Below, piece by piece: positions 50,422-64,000 of a stretch of 64,000 nucleotides of DNA (position 1 is the first letter of the stretch; each line of letters begins with the position of its first letter). The notes under the pieces are model-generated. The model was not told the DNA's origin. It saw only the letters and a program-made list of their open reading frames with translations, and ran no database searches. The stretch is from the NCBI RefSeq assembly GCF_006345805.1, contig NC_043015.1, positions 23,808,001 to 23,872,000 on the forward strand, given 5' to 3'. The position numbers and the translations under genes were made by a program. Origin of the DNA: Octopus sinensis. Lineage: Eukaryota.

Positions 50422-51430
50422 TGTATGTATGTATGTATGTATGTATGTATGTATGTATGTATATATATATGTATGTATGTATGTATGCATGTATCTATGT
50501 GTAAGTAATGATATTTTGCTTGTTTTCTAATCTTATGGAATTTCACTTCCTATTTTTTGTGGGCTACATGGAAACCAATACATGTACGAAAAGAGCAGAC
50601 GAAGAAACTCCAAACTTTTTGGTTTTTATCTCGTAGTAGACATACTGCCTATATCTCACAATATCAGCTGTATTCCAGATACTCCGTTGCTCGGACAACT
50701 ACATTGCAGAATGTGACCATTGTATTTTTTTCTTGGATAACAGTGTGAATTAGATTACAGTTGTTTAATATTGCTTCAGGTAAGAGCATCTACGAATAGG
50801 GTACATTTTTGGCTCATCTATTGCTCCTAAACATTGATCTACAGAATATAGTAATGTCATTCACCTCGAAATAGTAAAAGTAATTCTCCATTTCGTGAAA
50901 GTTATAATTGAAATCACTTAATATTGGACCAACTTCATTTATTCAATAACGCACGTTAGAAATAACCAAAGCGTTCAAGATGATATAACTTTCTATCGTT
51001 ATTTATTATATTTTACGCAAGATTTTATAATCACAAACATATTCTAGCTCAAGGCTAAATAGATATTATTTATATTGAATTAAATGATTATTTACTACAT
51101 TTCATTGTGAGTGTCGTAATTACATGTATTGGCAATTATGCACAGCACGATAAATTACGCTGGATATAGATATTTAGAAGAAAAAAAAACATGCACAATC
51201 GCATTATTTACTCCGGATATTAAATGGAATATATAATTCCAATTAAATTCATCATTTCCATACGTTTCTCTAATATTTATGCGCTTCTAATAAAGCTTGA
51301 ACGTATTTATGTCGTTATATATGTTTTAAGTTTGTTTCATGTTAGATTTAATAGATGACGTATGTGTTGTGAAAAGCATTTGGAAAATAGCCATCCCTCT
51401 CAATATACATACATATACGAATGTATGTAG

Positions 51431-51472
<42 letters not shown>

Positions 51473-52411
51473 ACACATATTTCAAACATATATATATATA
51501 CATATAGCTGTGTTTATACATACACACACACACACTTATACACACATACACACACATGCAAACACATACACACTCACACACACACATATATATATATATG
51601 CATGTTTATACTTACATATATAACTCAATATATTCGTATGAACAAACATATTTATATGCGTATAAACATACCCACATACCCATACACACGCGCGCACGCA
51701 CTCACGCACATATGCACACTCACATATATGCGTATTACTTAAGAACATAACATACCGATAAACATTGAAATAAAATACGTGTAAATTAGACATCTAACAA
51801 TACTTTATATTACATAAAGTATATTAAACGATATTTCATTAAAAATAATATGGGATTCTATATTCCTCGGAAACTAGAATTCCAAGTGTATCAAACGTAA
51901 ACAAAACATTTGCGATATATTCGCGATATCTCAAATTACTGGGCCTTCTTCTCATGTTGACGGTATCGCACTCCATGAAGTAGAGTATGTCAGTACGATT
52001 GCATTGCAGAGAGTAGAATACATTATATATGAGATGCACGTGCATTTATCATTCGATATATATTGAAAATACACATAGATTAAAGTTTTCCGAATATCCT
52101 CTGTATCGTTTTCTTTAAAACCTTACAAATCTGCGTGCCGAGATTAAACTATTTGAATGTATGTGTGTTACGGTGAGATTCAGCCGTGTCTAACATTTCC
52201 ATTCGGCTTCCAAAGGTTTAGTTATTTTTTAATCTATTTTGATATAAATTTTCACCTCCCAATACACCAATAAATTTCTTTCAAAAAGTTTCTTCAGCGG
52301 TTATAAATAGGTGCGCATGCGTATATATACACATATGCACAGATACATGTATATATACAAACATAAATGCATACATATGTTTATATATATGTATATATAT
52401 ATATATATATA

Positions 52412-52474
<63 letters not shown>

Positions 52475-53423
52475 TATATGTATGTATGTATGTGTCTGTG
52501 TGTGTTCATACAAATAATTGCACAACACACATATGTATTCATATGTACGTATATATATATATATATATATATATACAGAGAGAGAAAGTGGAAGAGGTGG
52601 AGGAAGAGAAGCACACATTTGGCCATGTCTATGCACTGCAGTTTTCCATAAAACAAAGATTTCTATTATGCAGTTTATCTTTCAGTGTTCTATCTTCTAT
52701 ATATATATCATTTCTTAACACCAAAACACTTCAATTTTAAAAAGATTCACTGAAGCTTTCAATTTCATAAATTGCATTTTCGCTTCTGTTGCATAAATTT
52801 TGCTTCATATTAGTATTTATGTTTTTTTGAATTTCATTGTGTAAACGTAGATATGCGTTTCATTAACTTTTACATACATATACACATACATTTATAAGCG
52901 CACACACAGGTACACACAGCACGCACACAAACACACACGCCTATGTTGTTATTGGCATCTGGCAATAGATTCTGATGCCATCCTTTATATTAAATGCTCA
53001 TGATATATTCCTGACAATCATTCAAACAATCAATTGATACAACACAACAAAGACTCAATCTGATTCAATATGTTGGTATGATATAAATAATTTCTTATAT
53101 AGCATATTTCTTTGGGGCGTATTCTAAGATTTTATACGTAGATTTATAACGACATCTAACATCTTTTGTTATCCCGTAATAATATTTGTTTCAATGTTTG
53201 GGACACGGGAGTAAGTCGTTTAAATCGACTCCAGTGTTCGACTGGTATTTATTTTATCGGTTCCGAAACGATGAAAGGTAAAATCGACACCGGTACAATT
53301 TCAACTCAGAACGTAAATTCTGAAGATGTACTGCTAAACGTTTTTGCGCAGCTCAGTGCCTTTGTAATTCCTTATGATACTGAATATAAAAAATAAACGT
53401 TGTTACCATATATGCTATCCATA

Positions 53424-54305
53424 CGCGGTATGATCAATAAGTATCCGGACTGTTGCCATAGTTATGAATCTAAAACAAGCAGAGTGAAGCCGCTGGACAA
53501 AGATTGACCTTGAACTCTGCTTTGCACGTGCACTAAGATTTAACTTTCTAGATCACTTCCGCTGATTACAGCAGTTCTTAACATGAAGGTCTGTAGCGTG
53601 TGATCTTCGCATTCACCATGACAGAGAAAGTTCTCATGGTGATATATGCTCAGAGGCTTACGCATCGTTGCAGAAAGTGTCTAGAGAGGAGTATATTACA
53701 CAAATGTACGAGTGGGTCAGACGTTTCCAAGAGGGACGGAAAAATGTCGATATTGACGAACGTTCTGGAAGACACGCAACCAGCGAAATTGAGAAAAACA
53801 TTGCAGATGGGAATGCAGATGGGAGGGAAATTCGTCGAATCACCATCCATGAGTTATCAGACTATGTGTAGGTTGGTAACGTTTCACTTCAGTCCATTAT
53901 CACTGAAGATTTGCGTATGAGATGCGTGTCTGCCAAGTTTGTGCCGAAACCGCTTTCAGATGACCAAAAAGACACTCAGGTTTCACTTGCATAAATTCTC
54001 CTTGATTGTGTCAAGAACGATGAAACCCCTTTCAAAAATTTGCGTGGGCATCTGAGCAGATATCGACAAGATTCTGGTAAAATTTGATGCAGGTTCTCTG
54101 CTCAACTTTCTCTGTCATGGTCAATGCGACGATCACACGCTACATACTTCCCTTCCAAGCACTGTTGTAAACAGCGGAAGTGAGCTAGAACAGCGAGTAT
54201 TAGTGCGCATGCACAGCAATTTTCAATGTCAATCTGTCCGAAGCGGCTCCACTCTACGGCTTCGCTACTACTGCAACAGTCCGGATACTAATTGATCAGA
54301 CCATG
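53424..54305 (+). mobile_element. Internally deleted mariner (Tc1/mariner) DNA transposon
   Basis: 33-bp TIRs: CGCGGTATGATCAATAAGTATCCGGACTGTTGC (after TA at 53422) and GCAACAGTCCGGATACTAATTGATCAGACCATG. Transposase N-terminus: MYEWVRRFQEGRKNVDIDERSGR..RRITIHELS..LRMRCVSAKFVPKPLSDDQK (WVPHEL-like). The catalytic domain is missing. Confidence 0.9.
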
Positions 54306-54610
54306 AATAGCAACATACTTCGCACTTCCCAATTATCGACAGCGAAGGTTTGATTGTAAAAGTATTAGTAAACAGGAGTAAAACATGATTCAGTGGACAT
54401 TCGCAATTGTTATCATCTAGCGCAAGAAGGAAAAGAGTAAGATGTCGGTTGTTCGTTACTTTCTGTGAATAAGTTTTCTTTTTTTGTGAAGAATATTTAA
54501 GCTTTCACATTTTGCCTTCCAAATCCGTGCCATTCTTCCGTAAATTTTTACTTGCACTTTTCTCCGTAAGTTACTGGTAGCCATTACACGAGTGCAATTA
54601 ATATTTACAG

Positions 54611-54648
54611 TGGTCTCATGTGTGTGAATAGAAATGTGCCGATACTAG
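54611..54648 (+). other. Candidate small exon with a 109-nt downstream intron and a terminal exon with AATAAA
   Basis: ATATTTACAG | 38 nt | GTAAGT (54649)..TATTATATCTCCTTCAG (54757) | ..AATAAA at 54835-54840. The spliced frame stops after a few codons, so this would be a UTR or lncRNA if real. Confidence 0.3.
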
Positions 54649-56115
54649 GTAAGTACCAAATATACCTGTCTTACAAAACACGTAGAGAAGTCAGTGAGAA
54701 CACAATTACTGCGGCCATCACATTAATTTCCTTTAACCCTTATTATATCTCCTTCAGTATGTATGCATTAAGCAGTAAAGAGCTCTACCGAAATCGTGAG
54801 CGTCAACTAAATATGAAAACAAAATGTCCTGATTAATAAAAGATATTGGAAATACACTGATTGAGATAAATGTTTAACAGTTTTCCGGGTGCGATGAAAA
54901 TTGTGGGCATATTTCAGCGTTATTTGCAATCGTCAGGAAATTGTAATTAATTACCTGTGTGCTAATCGATAACGAGAAATGATTATGGCAAGCGTTCTGA
55001 AAGGGTCCCAACTTACTTTTCATGATATCTTTATGTATCTCTTCATGTTCACATTTGAATTCACCCACTTATTTAAAAATCTCTTTGGCTAATTCAAGTG
55101 TTAATTTCCTAGAAATATTAACCAAATTACTTCGAAATATTTATCTTCATGAATGGACATGTTAAATATTAGCTATGGAAAAAATGAGCACATTAAATTG
55201 TAGTTATGGAAAGGAGACGTGTCTTCCGCAGAACGCCCTTGATCATTGCCTTAATCGATCATAAATTACACAGGGGCTAATAAAATATGAAAGAATTATC
55301 GATGAACCAACGCGTGTAACATTACTTTACGATCCACCTGCTAAGCATGGTAGTAAAATATTTCTGAAATTACAAACTCTGTCTCAAAATCCGAAGGACA
55401 TGGAAAATACTGCAGTCTTAGGTGAAACGTGCTCAGGGAGAGACGGATTTTGATTAAAGTATATAAGAAAACTATTGCCCTGGAACAAGAACGTCAATGT
55501 TACATTTACTGATTAAATTCACATATCGTATCGATTACAACAAAGGTGGAAGAAATAAAGAAGCGAAAATTCTTTGTTTCTTATAAAATATTCTATCCTA
55601 AGAATATTTTTGTCATTTTTTTTTCATTTTACAAATATTACTCTTTCATCATAATTGCCTAAAACATCCTACTTAAATTGATGGAAAAATATTTTTAGCT
55701 CGTGTCCGATAACACTATTCTCATTGTCTTGCTATAATAGACCAAATAAAGCTACTTTGGCAGATACATCCCCTTTGAAGATTCTCATAATCGAAATAGA
55801 AAGATTATATGTTATGGTGACCATCTGCGTACCTGCTCTTTGCATATGTATGCATATCTATCTTTTCAATTCTTATCATTTATACATGTATGAATTCATG
55901 CATGTATGTATGTATATGTGTGTGTGTGTGTTGTGTGTGTGTGTGTGTGTGTGTTTGTGTCTGTATGTGTGTCTGTATGTACATATAATATATATATATA
56001 TATATATATGTTTGTGCTTGTGTATTCGGATATAAATAAATACTCATATATAAAGACACAACCAGATACACAAGGCCCGCGCACACTCGCACACGTAGGC
56101 ATATATATATATATG

Positions 56116-56159
<44 letters not shown>

Positions 56160-56174
<15 letters not shown>

Positions 56175-56700
56175 GAGAGACAGGTGGTGCGGACAACAAA
56201 CAGATGTATTAGTTTGACGCTCCTGAAGTGAAAAAGTCTTTCCGTTTCGAACATACGCTCTTCAACAGAAAAGAAAAGAAAAGAAAAGAGAAAGAAACAA
56301 GGAGAGAATATAAAGAATGTGAAGTGGTTAGCGATCTATCACGGCGAATGCCGGAGAGAGAGGTTACACAGGAAAGCTAGAAAGGAGGGGGAGATAATAA
56401 AGTAGTGGTGATCCCAAAACAAAGATGCGCGTGCGTATGTATAAGAGAGCATATATGTGCGTTGGGAAGATGGCAGTTGACCTTGACGTTTGCGTGAGTG
56501 TATGTGTAGGTGTATGGATGTGGGACAGGGAAATGGTCAGTGCTAGTGTGTGCGTGGTGGTGTGATGTGGTGTTGTGTAGTATGGTAGTGTATGGTGTAG
56601 TGGTGTGTGATATGGTGTGATGGTGTTAGGATGTGGGAAAGCAAGTGTAGGATGTGGGTTAGGCTGAGGTATTTATATATGTATAAATAGGTACACACGC
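56160..56700 (-). repeat. PLE terminal-repeat family F7 with a degenerate HHR-like motif at 56237-56273
   Basis: Reverse complement of parts of 60100-60630. The motif reads CUUUU CUGUUGA AGAGC guau GUUC GAAAC GGA AAGAC. Confidence 0.65.
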
Positions 56701-56825
56701 ATATATATGAGGTATTTATATATGTATAAATAGGTACACACGCATATATATATATATATATATATGCGTGTGTACCTATTTATACATATATAAATACCTC
56801 AGCCTAACCCACACCCTACATTTGC

Positions 56826-57917
56826 TTTCGTATACATTCGATCCTTTTTCCAAGAATTCTAATGCTCGTAGCTTAGTTTTTCCTTGGGGCTGGCCGTATC
56901 GAAGCGATCTCAAGATTAATCAGCCGAAATTGCGATGATGATCCGGTTCTTGACTGAAGATTAGAGGCTTCGAATGACCCGTCCGTTTTTTGTGTCGTCT
57001 ATTTGAGTGTTTTGCGCTCTTGTCCCATTTTGTATTTTTATATATATTTTTTATACATATATTATTGCGGCGTAACGTGCATCTTGTTCTCTTATGTATC
57101 TAAGCATCCCACTACTGAACGACTTCTACACACACTTTCTCTATACTTCACTAGTCTCTGTCTTTCTCTTTTCTCGCCTCTGATTCTTTGGTCTCCTCTT
57201 CTCCCTCTCTCTCACATTTCTCTGTCTTTCTCACTTTGCACCTCACTGATTCTGTCATCAAGCCAATCCTTGGCACGCTCTCTGTCCTCTCCCCTCTTTA
57301 ATTCCTTCTTTCTCTCTCTTCTCCCCCTCTTTGATGTCTTCGTCCCTCATTTTGTCTCTCTCTCTCTTTGATTCCTTTGCCCCTTTTTTTCTCTCTCTTC
57401 TCCTCTCACGTGACCGTCGGTCAACTAGCCTTTCGGCTTCTGAGCACCGCTACGACAACATCGATTTCTTCGTCTGCCGTAAAGGCATTATTTTCCAAAT
57501 ATGCCAGCTAAGCTAATTTGAACTGTCTAAAGTCGTAAGACACCCGCTGTTTTTGTCCTGTTATTACTATTATTGTTTTTTGTATTTATATTCGTGTGGC
57601 ATCGTCCGTTTTTCAGTCCTTGTTTCGTATACATTCGATCCCTTTTCCAAGAAATCTAATGCTCGTAGCTTAGTTTTTCCTTGGGGCTGGCCGGATCGGA
57701 GCGATCTCAAGATTAATCAAGAGTAAAAGAGTAAAAGAGAGAGAGCCGAAATTGCGAGGATGATCCGGTTCTTGACTGAAGATTAGAGGCTTCGAATGAC
57801 CCGTCCGTTTTTTGTGTTGTCTATTTGAGTGTTTTGCGTTCTTGTCCCATTTTGTATTTTTATATATATTTTTTAGACATATATTATTGCGGCGTAACGT
57901 ACATCTTGTTCTCTTAT
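56826..57917 (+). repeat. LTR/pLTR-like structure: 270/295-bp direct repeats around a ~530-bp non-coding interior
   Basis: 56826-57095 and 57623-57917 are near-identical (TTTCGTATACATTCGATCC..GCGGCGTAACGT.CATCTTGTTCTCTTAT). The second copy has a 25-nt insertion. Confidence 0.8.
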
Positions 57918-58479
57918 ATATATATTTACTCATATTCATAAACAAACACACACACACACATATATAAATATATATATATAATCAGGATGACCCAAAATAC
58001 TGCCATGAATAAAAAAAATCCAGTATAAACAATTATAAAGGAAAGCCAAACATTAATTAATCAATATCCAGACTTTGTCTTTTCGGCCTTGGCGGCTTTG
58101 CCGTTCATCCTTTCGGGGTCGATAAATTAATTACACGTAGCGTACTGGGGTCGGTTTAATCGAATGGCAGCCTTCTCCAAAATTGCGGACCTTGTACTTA
58201 GAGTAGAAAAGAACATCCATAATTTTTCACTAAAATGAGGAAGGGCAATTTCTACGGATTTCCCACGATTCTTAAAAGCTCAGAAATACCGAGAACTGTA
58301 AAGGAACATACGAACCAGTACATAAAATTATTAACATCCACTGATCTCAAGTAGAGGCCAATAGGTTCAGGACAACAATCTTCGACACAATGACAAGTTA
58401 TACTTTTATACATGCGTCTTAAGCACTTACTCCTTTTAATGCCCTGGTATTTATTATATAAAATGGATTTCCATACGAG

Positions 58480-59260
58480 CTCTCCTAACAAGTTTCAATG
58501 TGAAGAATATCTATATTAACATATCTCGCAATGGGTAGAAATCATAAAGATGATAAACGTTTCAGAACGTACTTCATCACAAAACAAAACCCTTAGTAAT
58601 TGAGAACAACTTCAACTTTGATAAAATATACTGACAAATATGTGGTGCAGCTATAGTGACAATATTTGCATCCTCATATGCTAACCTGCTGATGGTTTTC
58701 TTAGAAGTACAATTATACCAGTAAGTGCCCAAAATTTTACGAAGAGCGTTCTTTAAAAATATAAATGCTTCCTGGACAACTGCTTTATGTTTAGGAGTAA
58801 ATCAATTCAACTACAATTATTGAAGAACATTCACAACAAACTTCTATCTCTCCATAAATTCATAACGGAAACCAATCGTGTTGGGGGTCATCTTTACGTC
58901 TCTGCTCCCTCACTCTCCTTCTCTCCTCTCTATGTTCTTGAACATTCACCTAAAAATATGTAATTCCAAAATAACAAACGTTATATTTCACAAAACGACA
59001 GACTCACACCAACATTTGAGATTTTACTCTTGTAATCCCACACACATCAAACAGATAGCAAGACATATTTCTACAATACTGGTGAAACCAAAATTACGAT
59101 TAATTCGACTTCATGAACTAAAAAGCTTCTTACAACTACAGAATCCCCCCTTACAATCAATAAACAACGGAATTATAATAGCAAAGGAACTAGCTATCCT
59201 ACTACTGAGGGAGACTAGGGAAAATTGTGGGAAAATACTATTCCGTTTATCAAGACACTT
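58480..59260 (+). pseudogene. Decayed Penelope-like reverse transcriptase (second family)
   Basis: LLTSFNVKNIYINIS (motif A-like), ENNFNFDKIY*QICGAAIVTIFASSYANLLMVFLE (motif B-like) and FHKTTDSHQHLRFYSCNPTHIK..IARHISTILVKPKLRLIRLHELKSFLQLQNPPLQSINNGI (thumb). Confidence 0.85.
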
Positions 59261-59514
59261 GCTCCGGGGGTGGCCAGCGTATTCAATGCTACAGAAGCAA
59301 ATCTACTGATACTTTCCGAAAGCGCTAAAACGAAAATCTGGTTGAAAAAAAATTGATAAGGCACAACAACGTCGACAACAAGGCTGCCAGGAGCCCCAAA
59401 TCCGAGTTAGTGGCCAGAATCAAATGGCGTAGAAACCTATGTGCAAGATTCCGGAGCTGTTCTGAAGCCGCACTGGGAGCAGAGGGCTTCTTCTACGAGG
59501 AAAATATTATCTAA

Positions 59515-60620
59515 TTGTTATTTTGTTTTATTTTTTTAAAACTATTATTTTGGGATAGAAAATTGCTCTTTCTTTCCTTTTTAAGCAAATTTTCAAATTC
59601 ATCCCGAACACCTTGGATCTCTCTCTCTTTCTCTCTCTCTCTACTCTCTTACCCTCTTCTCCCTTACTCACTTTCTCTCTTCTCTCTTTCTCTCTGCTCC
59701 CTCACTCTCCTTCTCTCCTCTCTCTCCTCCTCCCTCCTACTTCCTCCCACCCAACTCTCCTCTATTGCCCCGACTACTTCTATTCGCTCCTACTTCTCTT
59801 CACCCCTTCTCTCTTTCTCACTTCTCTCTTTCTCTCTTCTCTCCTACTCTCTTTCTCTCTTTCTCACCCCTCTTTCCCTCATCTATCTTACCCTCTTTCT
59901 CTCTTCTCTCTTTCTCTCTTCTCTCTTACTCTCTTTCTCTCTTCTCTCCTCACATACCCACCTTCCCCTCCCCTCATAAGCCCACCCACCCCTACACATT
60001 CCTACTCCAACTTCCTTATCCTTCTCATCCCCCCATCTTATCCTACACACCCTCTCCCATATACCCCACCTCTACCTCCACCCTCTGCCTACCCACAAAC
60101 ACCAACTCTACCCCAACCCTCAGCTGAACCCACACCCCACTCGTGCTTTCCCCACTCTCGCCTCTCCCACTGTCGTCTCCCCCATCTCCCAACAACATCA
60201 CACCACACCACACCGTACAACATTACACATCACATCACATCACACCACCAACACAACTATCACCACATTTTCACACCTACACATACATACACGCACACGT
60301 CCAGACCACCAGCCCTGTTTCACACTCTCTTATACACACACGCACCTTCGTGTTGGGGGTGATCTTTACTTTGTTATCTCCCCTACTTTCACCCTCGTGT
60401 GTGACCCATCTGTCCGAAGTCAGTCGCCATGATAGATCGTTAGCCACTACACACATTTTTTCTCTCCTTGTTCTCTCCTTGTTTTTTCTGTGTCCCTTTC
60501 TGTAGAATAGCGTAGGCTCGAAACGTAAAAGACTTTTCTATTCCTGAGAGTTATACGAACACATCTGTTTGTTTTGTACACCACCTGTCTTCGTCTTTTG
60601 TTTTTTTTTTCGTTAACTCT

Positions 60621-60630
<10 letters not shown>
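59515..60630 (+). repeat. PLE 3' region/terminal repeat family F7 (pyrimidine-rich) with an HHR-like motif at 60496-60531
   Basis: Lies downstream of the PLE RT in the same orientation. The motif reads CUUU CUGUAGA auAGC guag GCUc GAAAC GUA AAAG. Ends in (TA)n. Confidence 0.65.
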
Positions 60631-60698
<68 letters not shown>

Positions 60699-60794
60699 TG
60701 CATGTATATATATAAATATCAATGAGAGTATATATGTATGTATATATGTATGCAAACATATATGTATGTATAAATGTACACTATGTATGACTGT

Positions 60795-61235
60795 ATGTAT
60801 ACGAGCAGGCATGGCTCGCTTCACAGCCGCGTAGTTTCGGACTCGTTCCCACTGCCCGGTACATTGGTCAGTGTCTTCTACTATAGACGGCCAATATCTT
60901 TGAGCGAAATCGGTAGACGGAAGCTGCGAGAATGTCTGTCATGTATATATATGTTAGTATATACATGTGTGTGCACATGCGCACGTGTGTTCATGTGTGT
61001 GAGTGAGTGCGTGTGCATGTGTGTACCTGTGTTGTGTGTGTATATCTTTCTGTTCGTTTTCCAATGTTTTGACAACTTGTGTAGATTTGTTTCCGTGTTT
61101 GTAGTTAAGTTTTTCAGTAAACGTCAACGATAGAATAACCACCAGGCACAAACTAGTCTTTCAGTCGATATTTTCGACTAAACGCCCAGAAGAAAGTGGC
61201 CCGACATGGCCAGCGTCTAACGACTGAACCAAGTG
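60795..61235 (+). mobile_element. SINE family A, old decayed copy
   Basis: GCAGGCATGGCT..GTTCCCACTGC..GAAATCGGTAGACGGAAGCTG..GACATGGCCAGCGTCTAACGACTGAACCAAG. Confidence 0.7.
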
Positions 61236-61768
61236 CGATATAAAATGTTTATGTATGCATGTGTTCATACAATACTTTCATTAATTGTTTCAAGTATTGC
61301 TTATATGTTCAAAGGGAACTTCATGGTATATTTTAATATATGGATTTTAGGTCAGTTGAAAAATAATATCTCTCCTCCCGTCATATCAGATCTTCACAAC
61401 CTTCGTTACGAACAATACCCATGTGACTTTCCGATGCTTATAACTCATTTCTTTTTATAGCTTTGATTATAACATCTTTTCCTTAATAAGAATAAATATG
61501 AATATCATAAATTGAATATTTAAGATAATTTTCGAGATTTATTTAGTATTCAACTATGATGGTGTAATAAAAATTAACTAGAATCTGCCGGCAAAGAAAG
61601 TTACTATGGAGATGCGTCTATTTTGAGGCTATTTGCATATAAATCACCATTTTATTAAACCATGAAGGAATTTTTTCTCTATTTGTCTGTGTCTATTATT
61701 CATTTCGCTGATAGCTGAATATATTAAGATATAAAATTATATCACCAATATTTATATATGTGTGTAGA

Positions 61769-61804
<36 letters not shown>

Positions 61805-63566
61805 TGTACATGTGAGTGTGTGCATATGCGTGTGTATGTCGCTGTGTGTATGACTTTGTATGTGTGAGTTTTAGTACTTTGAAATTCAAACATTGCAAAA
61901 TAAGAGAATATACGCAATAACTTCGCTGAAATCTTTTTCTCGTGACACGAATTTCACATCACTGCAATCATCAAACCACAAATATTCCTTTCGAAATTTA
62001 GTTTGCTTTCATCCAGAATATAACGAATTCATTATTTTTCCCGGGATGACCGTTGCAGGCAGAAAGCATGGGTACTTGTTCACTGATTTTCCCTAAAATA
62101 GAAGCTTTATGAAATTAGTCATCACAGCATGTATTATTTTTTCATTCCCACCGAGGTGTATAAACTTTTTTTTACATCTGTTTACATTCCTCAGTGACTA
62201 TACAATCCCATGCACAACTATACCACATTTTCATATTATCCAACAAACTATGGATCGAGGAAGATTAATTAAATTTTATTTAATTAAGCACATGGCCAAT
62301 AAATGAAATCTTATACAAATTAGATTGGATACATATCAGACCAAAATTCTACGGAAGTGCAGATGGAAAATCGATTAAGTTGCTGCTGAAGAACACTGAG
62401 ACTTCTATCAACCTAAAAAAGCGTGTTTCTACTCCGAAAAATATCTTCCTGTGTTCTAGCCAACATACAGAATCTTCAGACAGTTTTTCGGCTATTTATT
62501 TCAGTATGTATGTATGCATTATCTTTAATAATTTTCTACAGCATTTTTGTAATTCTTCCTAAACACAATTAATTCTTTTATTTCTTGCTTTCCAGATTTC
62601 TGTAAACGAATGTTTTTCAATTAACTGTCAAAGCAAGCGAAAGAAATTTCCACATTACGTATAACTATCATTCGGTTTGATTAAGTGCCTTGATAGTTAC
62701 ATATCAGGCGATTCCATTTTGGTTAGAGGCGCAGTGCATTACCAATCAATTATAAATTTCGTCGTGTGAATTATTTTCTAGGGGTGACGAAGATTAAGAA
62801 AGAACTATCAAAGAGGATATTCCTCATATTAATAAAAAGTAATATCATTCAGAAGTTACAGAATGAATCTGGTATGTTGTTGAAAGACTGGTTAATTTAT
62901 AACTTGTTAGAAGCGAAGTATTTCCTTTAATCTGGCTGAAGCCGCACAGGAGGACATACTTAAGTATATGTGCCTTTGTAGAGATACATAAATCACAGGC
63001 TTTGATGATGAGTGAAGCCGAAATTATGTCTAAGACTGATTAGGAAATGGAATTCTCAGGTTGAGACTATAAAATGTCTGGCATGGACATTTTGAAGCAC
63101 ATGGACACGGAGAAAATCATATATCGTGTGTGGGGTTGTTTTGATTTATATATGTAATTGTGTATTATGTATGTATGAACATGTATATATATATATATAT
63201 ATATATAAACTTTATTTGTGAATGTGTGAAGTTATTTGCATTTAAATTTGAATGCTTCTCTGCATGAGTTCTCTCCCACTCCAAATATTTGTGGCTGAAC
63301 ATTTCTGTGAGAGTATGCGTGCGTAAGTATGTATACATATTTATACACATACAAATATATAATTATTTATTTACATATGTATATTTACACATGTTTATAT
63401 GGGTGTTCATATCACTGTAATTAATGAATATTTACAATTCTATATACCGTGTTTCATTGAAAATCTACTGTAAAAACGGGGAAAGGATTGAATATCAGGA
63501 ATTCTGATAAAGCAATAATTACTTATCAGCATACAACACTATATTACATTCCTACATAGATACAGT

Positions 63567-63633
<67 letters not shown>

Positions 63634-63644
63634 ATATATATATA

Positions 63645-63860
63645 TATTCTTTTATTCTTTTATTTGCTTCAGTCATTTGAGTGGGGTCATGCTGGAGCAC
63701 AGCCTTTAGTCGAACAAATTGACTTATACTTTGTTTGCCTAGTACTTATCCTATCGGTCGTCTCTTTTGCTGAAATGCTAAGTTATGGGGACATAAACAC
63801 ACCGACATTGGTCGTAAAGTGATAGTGGGGGGACAAACAGAAATACAAACACACACACAC
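63645..63860 (-). mobile_element. SINE family A, 3' half
   Basis: TATTCTTTTATTCTTTTATTTGCTTCAGTCATTTGAGTGGGGTCATGCTGGAGCAC..TAAACACACCGACATTGGTCGT. Confidence 0.8.
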
Positions 63861-64000
63861 ACCATATAGTCGTTGACAGCACCAGCAACCAATGGTTTCT
63901 GGGTAATTTGCCTTCTTCTGTACTGGACAACCGTCTGGATCTATGCCCGGGACATACTGTAAGTAAGGGGTATACTACTCCTTTCTAAACGTTGACAGTG

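Noticed and set aside
56865-56985. CTGAAGA..GAAT..GTC and a GGCTGG/CCGGATC pseudoknot-like pairing in the direct repeats (also 57685-57805)
   Set aside because: No stem I or GAAA for a hammerhead. For an HDV-like fold, P3, P4 and the catalytic C are missing, and the pairing is broken in one copy.

Overview
AT-rich, repeat-dense animal genomic DNA (intergenic or large introns). The SINE families and the density of (AT)n/(ATAC)n/(AC)n microsatellites look like an Octopus genome; this is my inference from recalled repeat families, not a search result. No intact host protein-coding gene can be identified, and most ORF-track entries are microsatellite read-through. The window holds tRNA-derived SINEs of three families, R4/Dong-like LINE 3' ends, mariner and hAT fossils, a MITE and two decayed Penelope-like element (PLE) ORFs. 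The main unexplained signal is about 17 type-I hammerhead ribozyme (HHR) motifs from about 7 unrelated repeat families. About 7 have complete cores; most have a short palindromic stem III of the dimer-cleaving type, and most occur as head-to-head inverted pairs next to (TA)n tracts. Three cases stand out. (1) A non-coding tandem array of ~520-535 bp units, each with an HHR (retrozyme-like; 22.9-24.7 kb). (2) A fold-back family carrying the U3-A8 core variant with covarying stems (2.1-2.4 kb, 15.2-15.7 kb). (3) A 2.3 kb element in which an L1/Tx1-type ORF1 (CCHC knuckle, no RT) lies between HHR-like repeats (30.9-33.2 kb). All folds and translations were done by eye and coordinates of decayed repeats are approximate.
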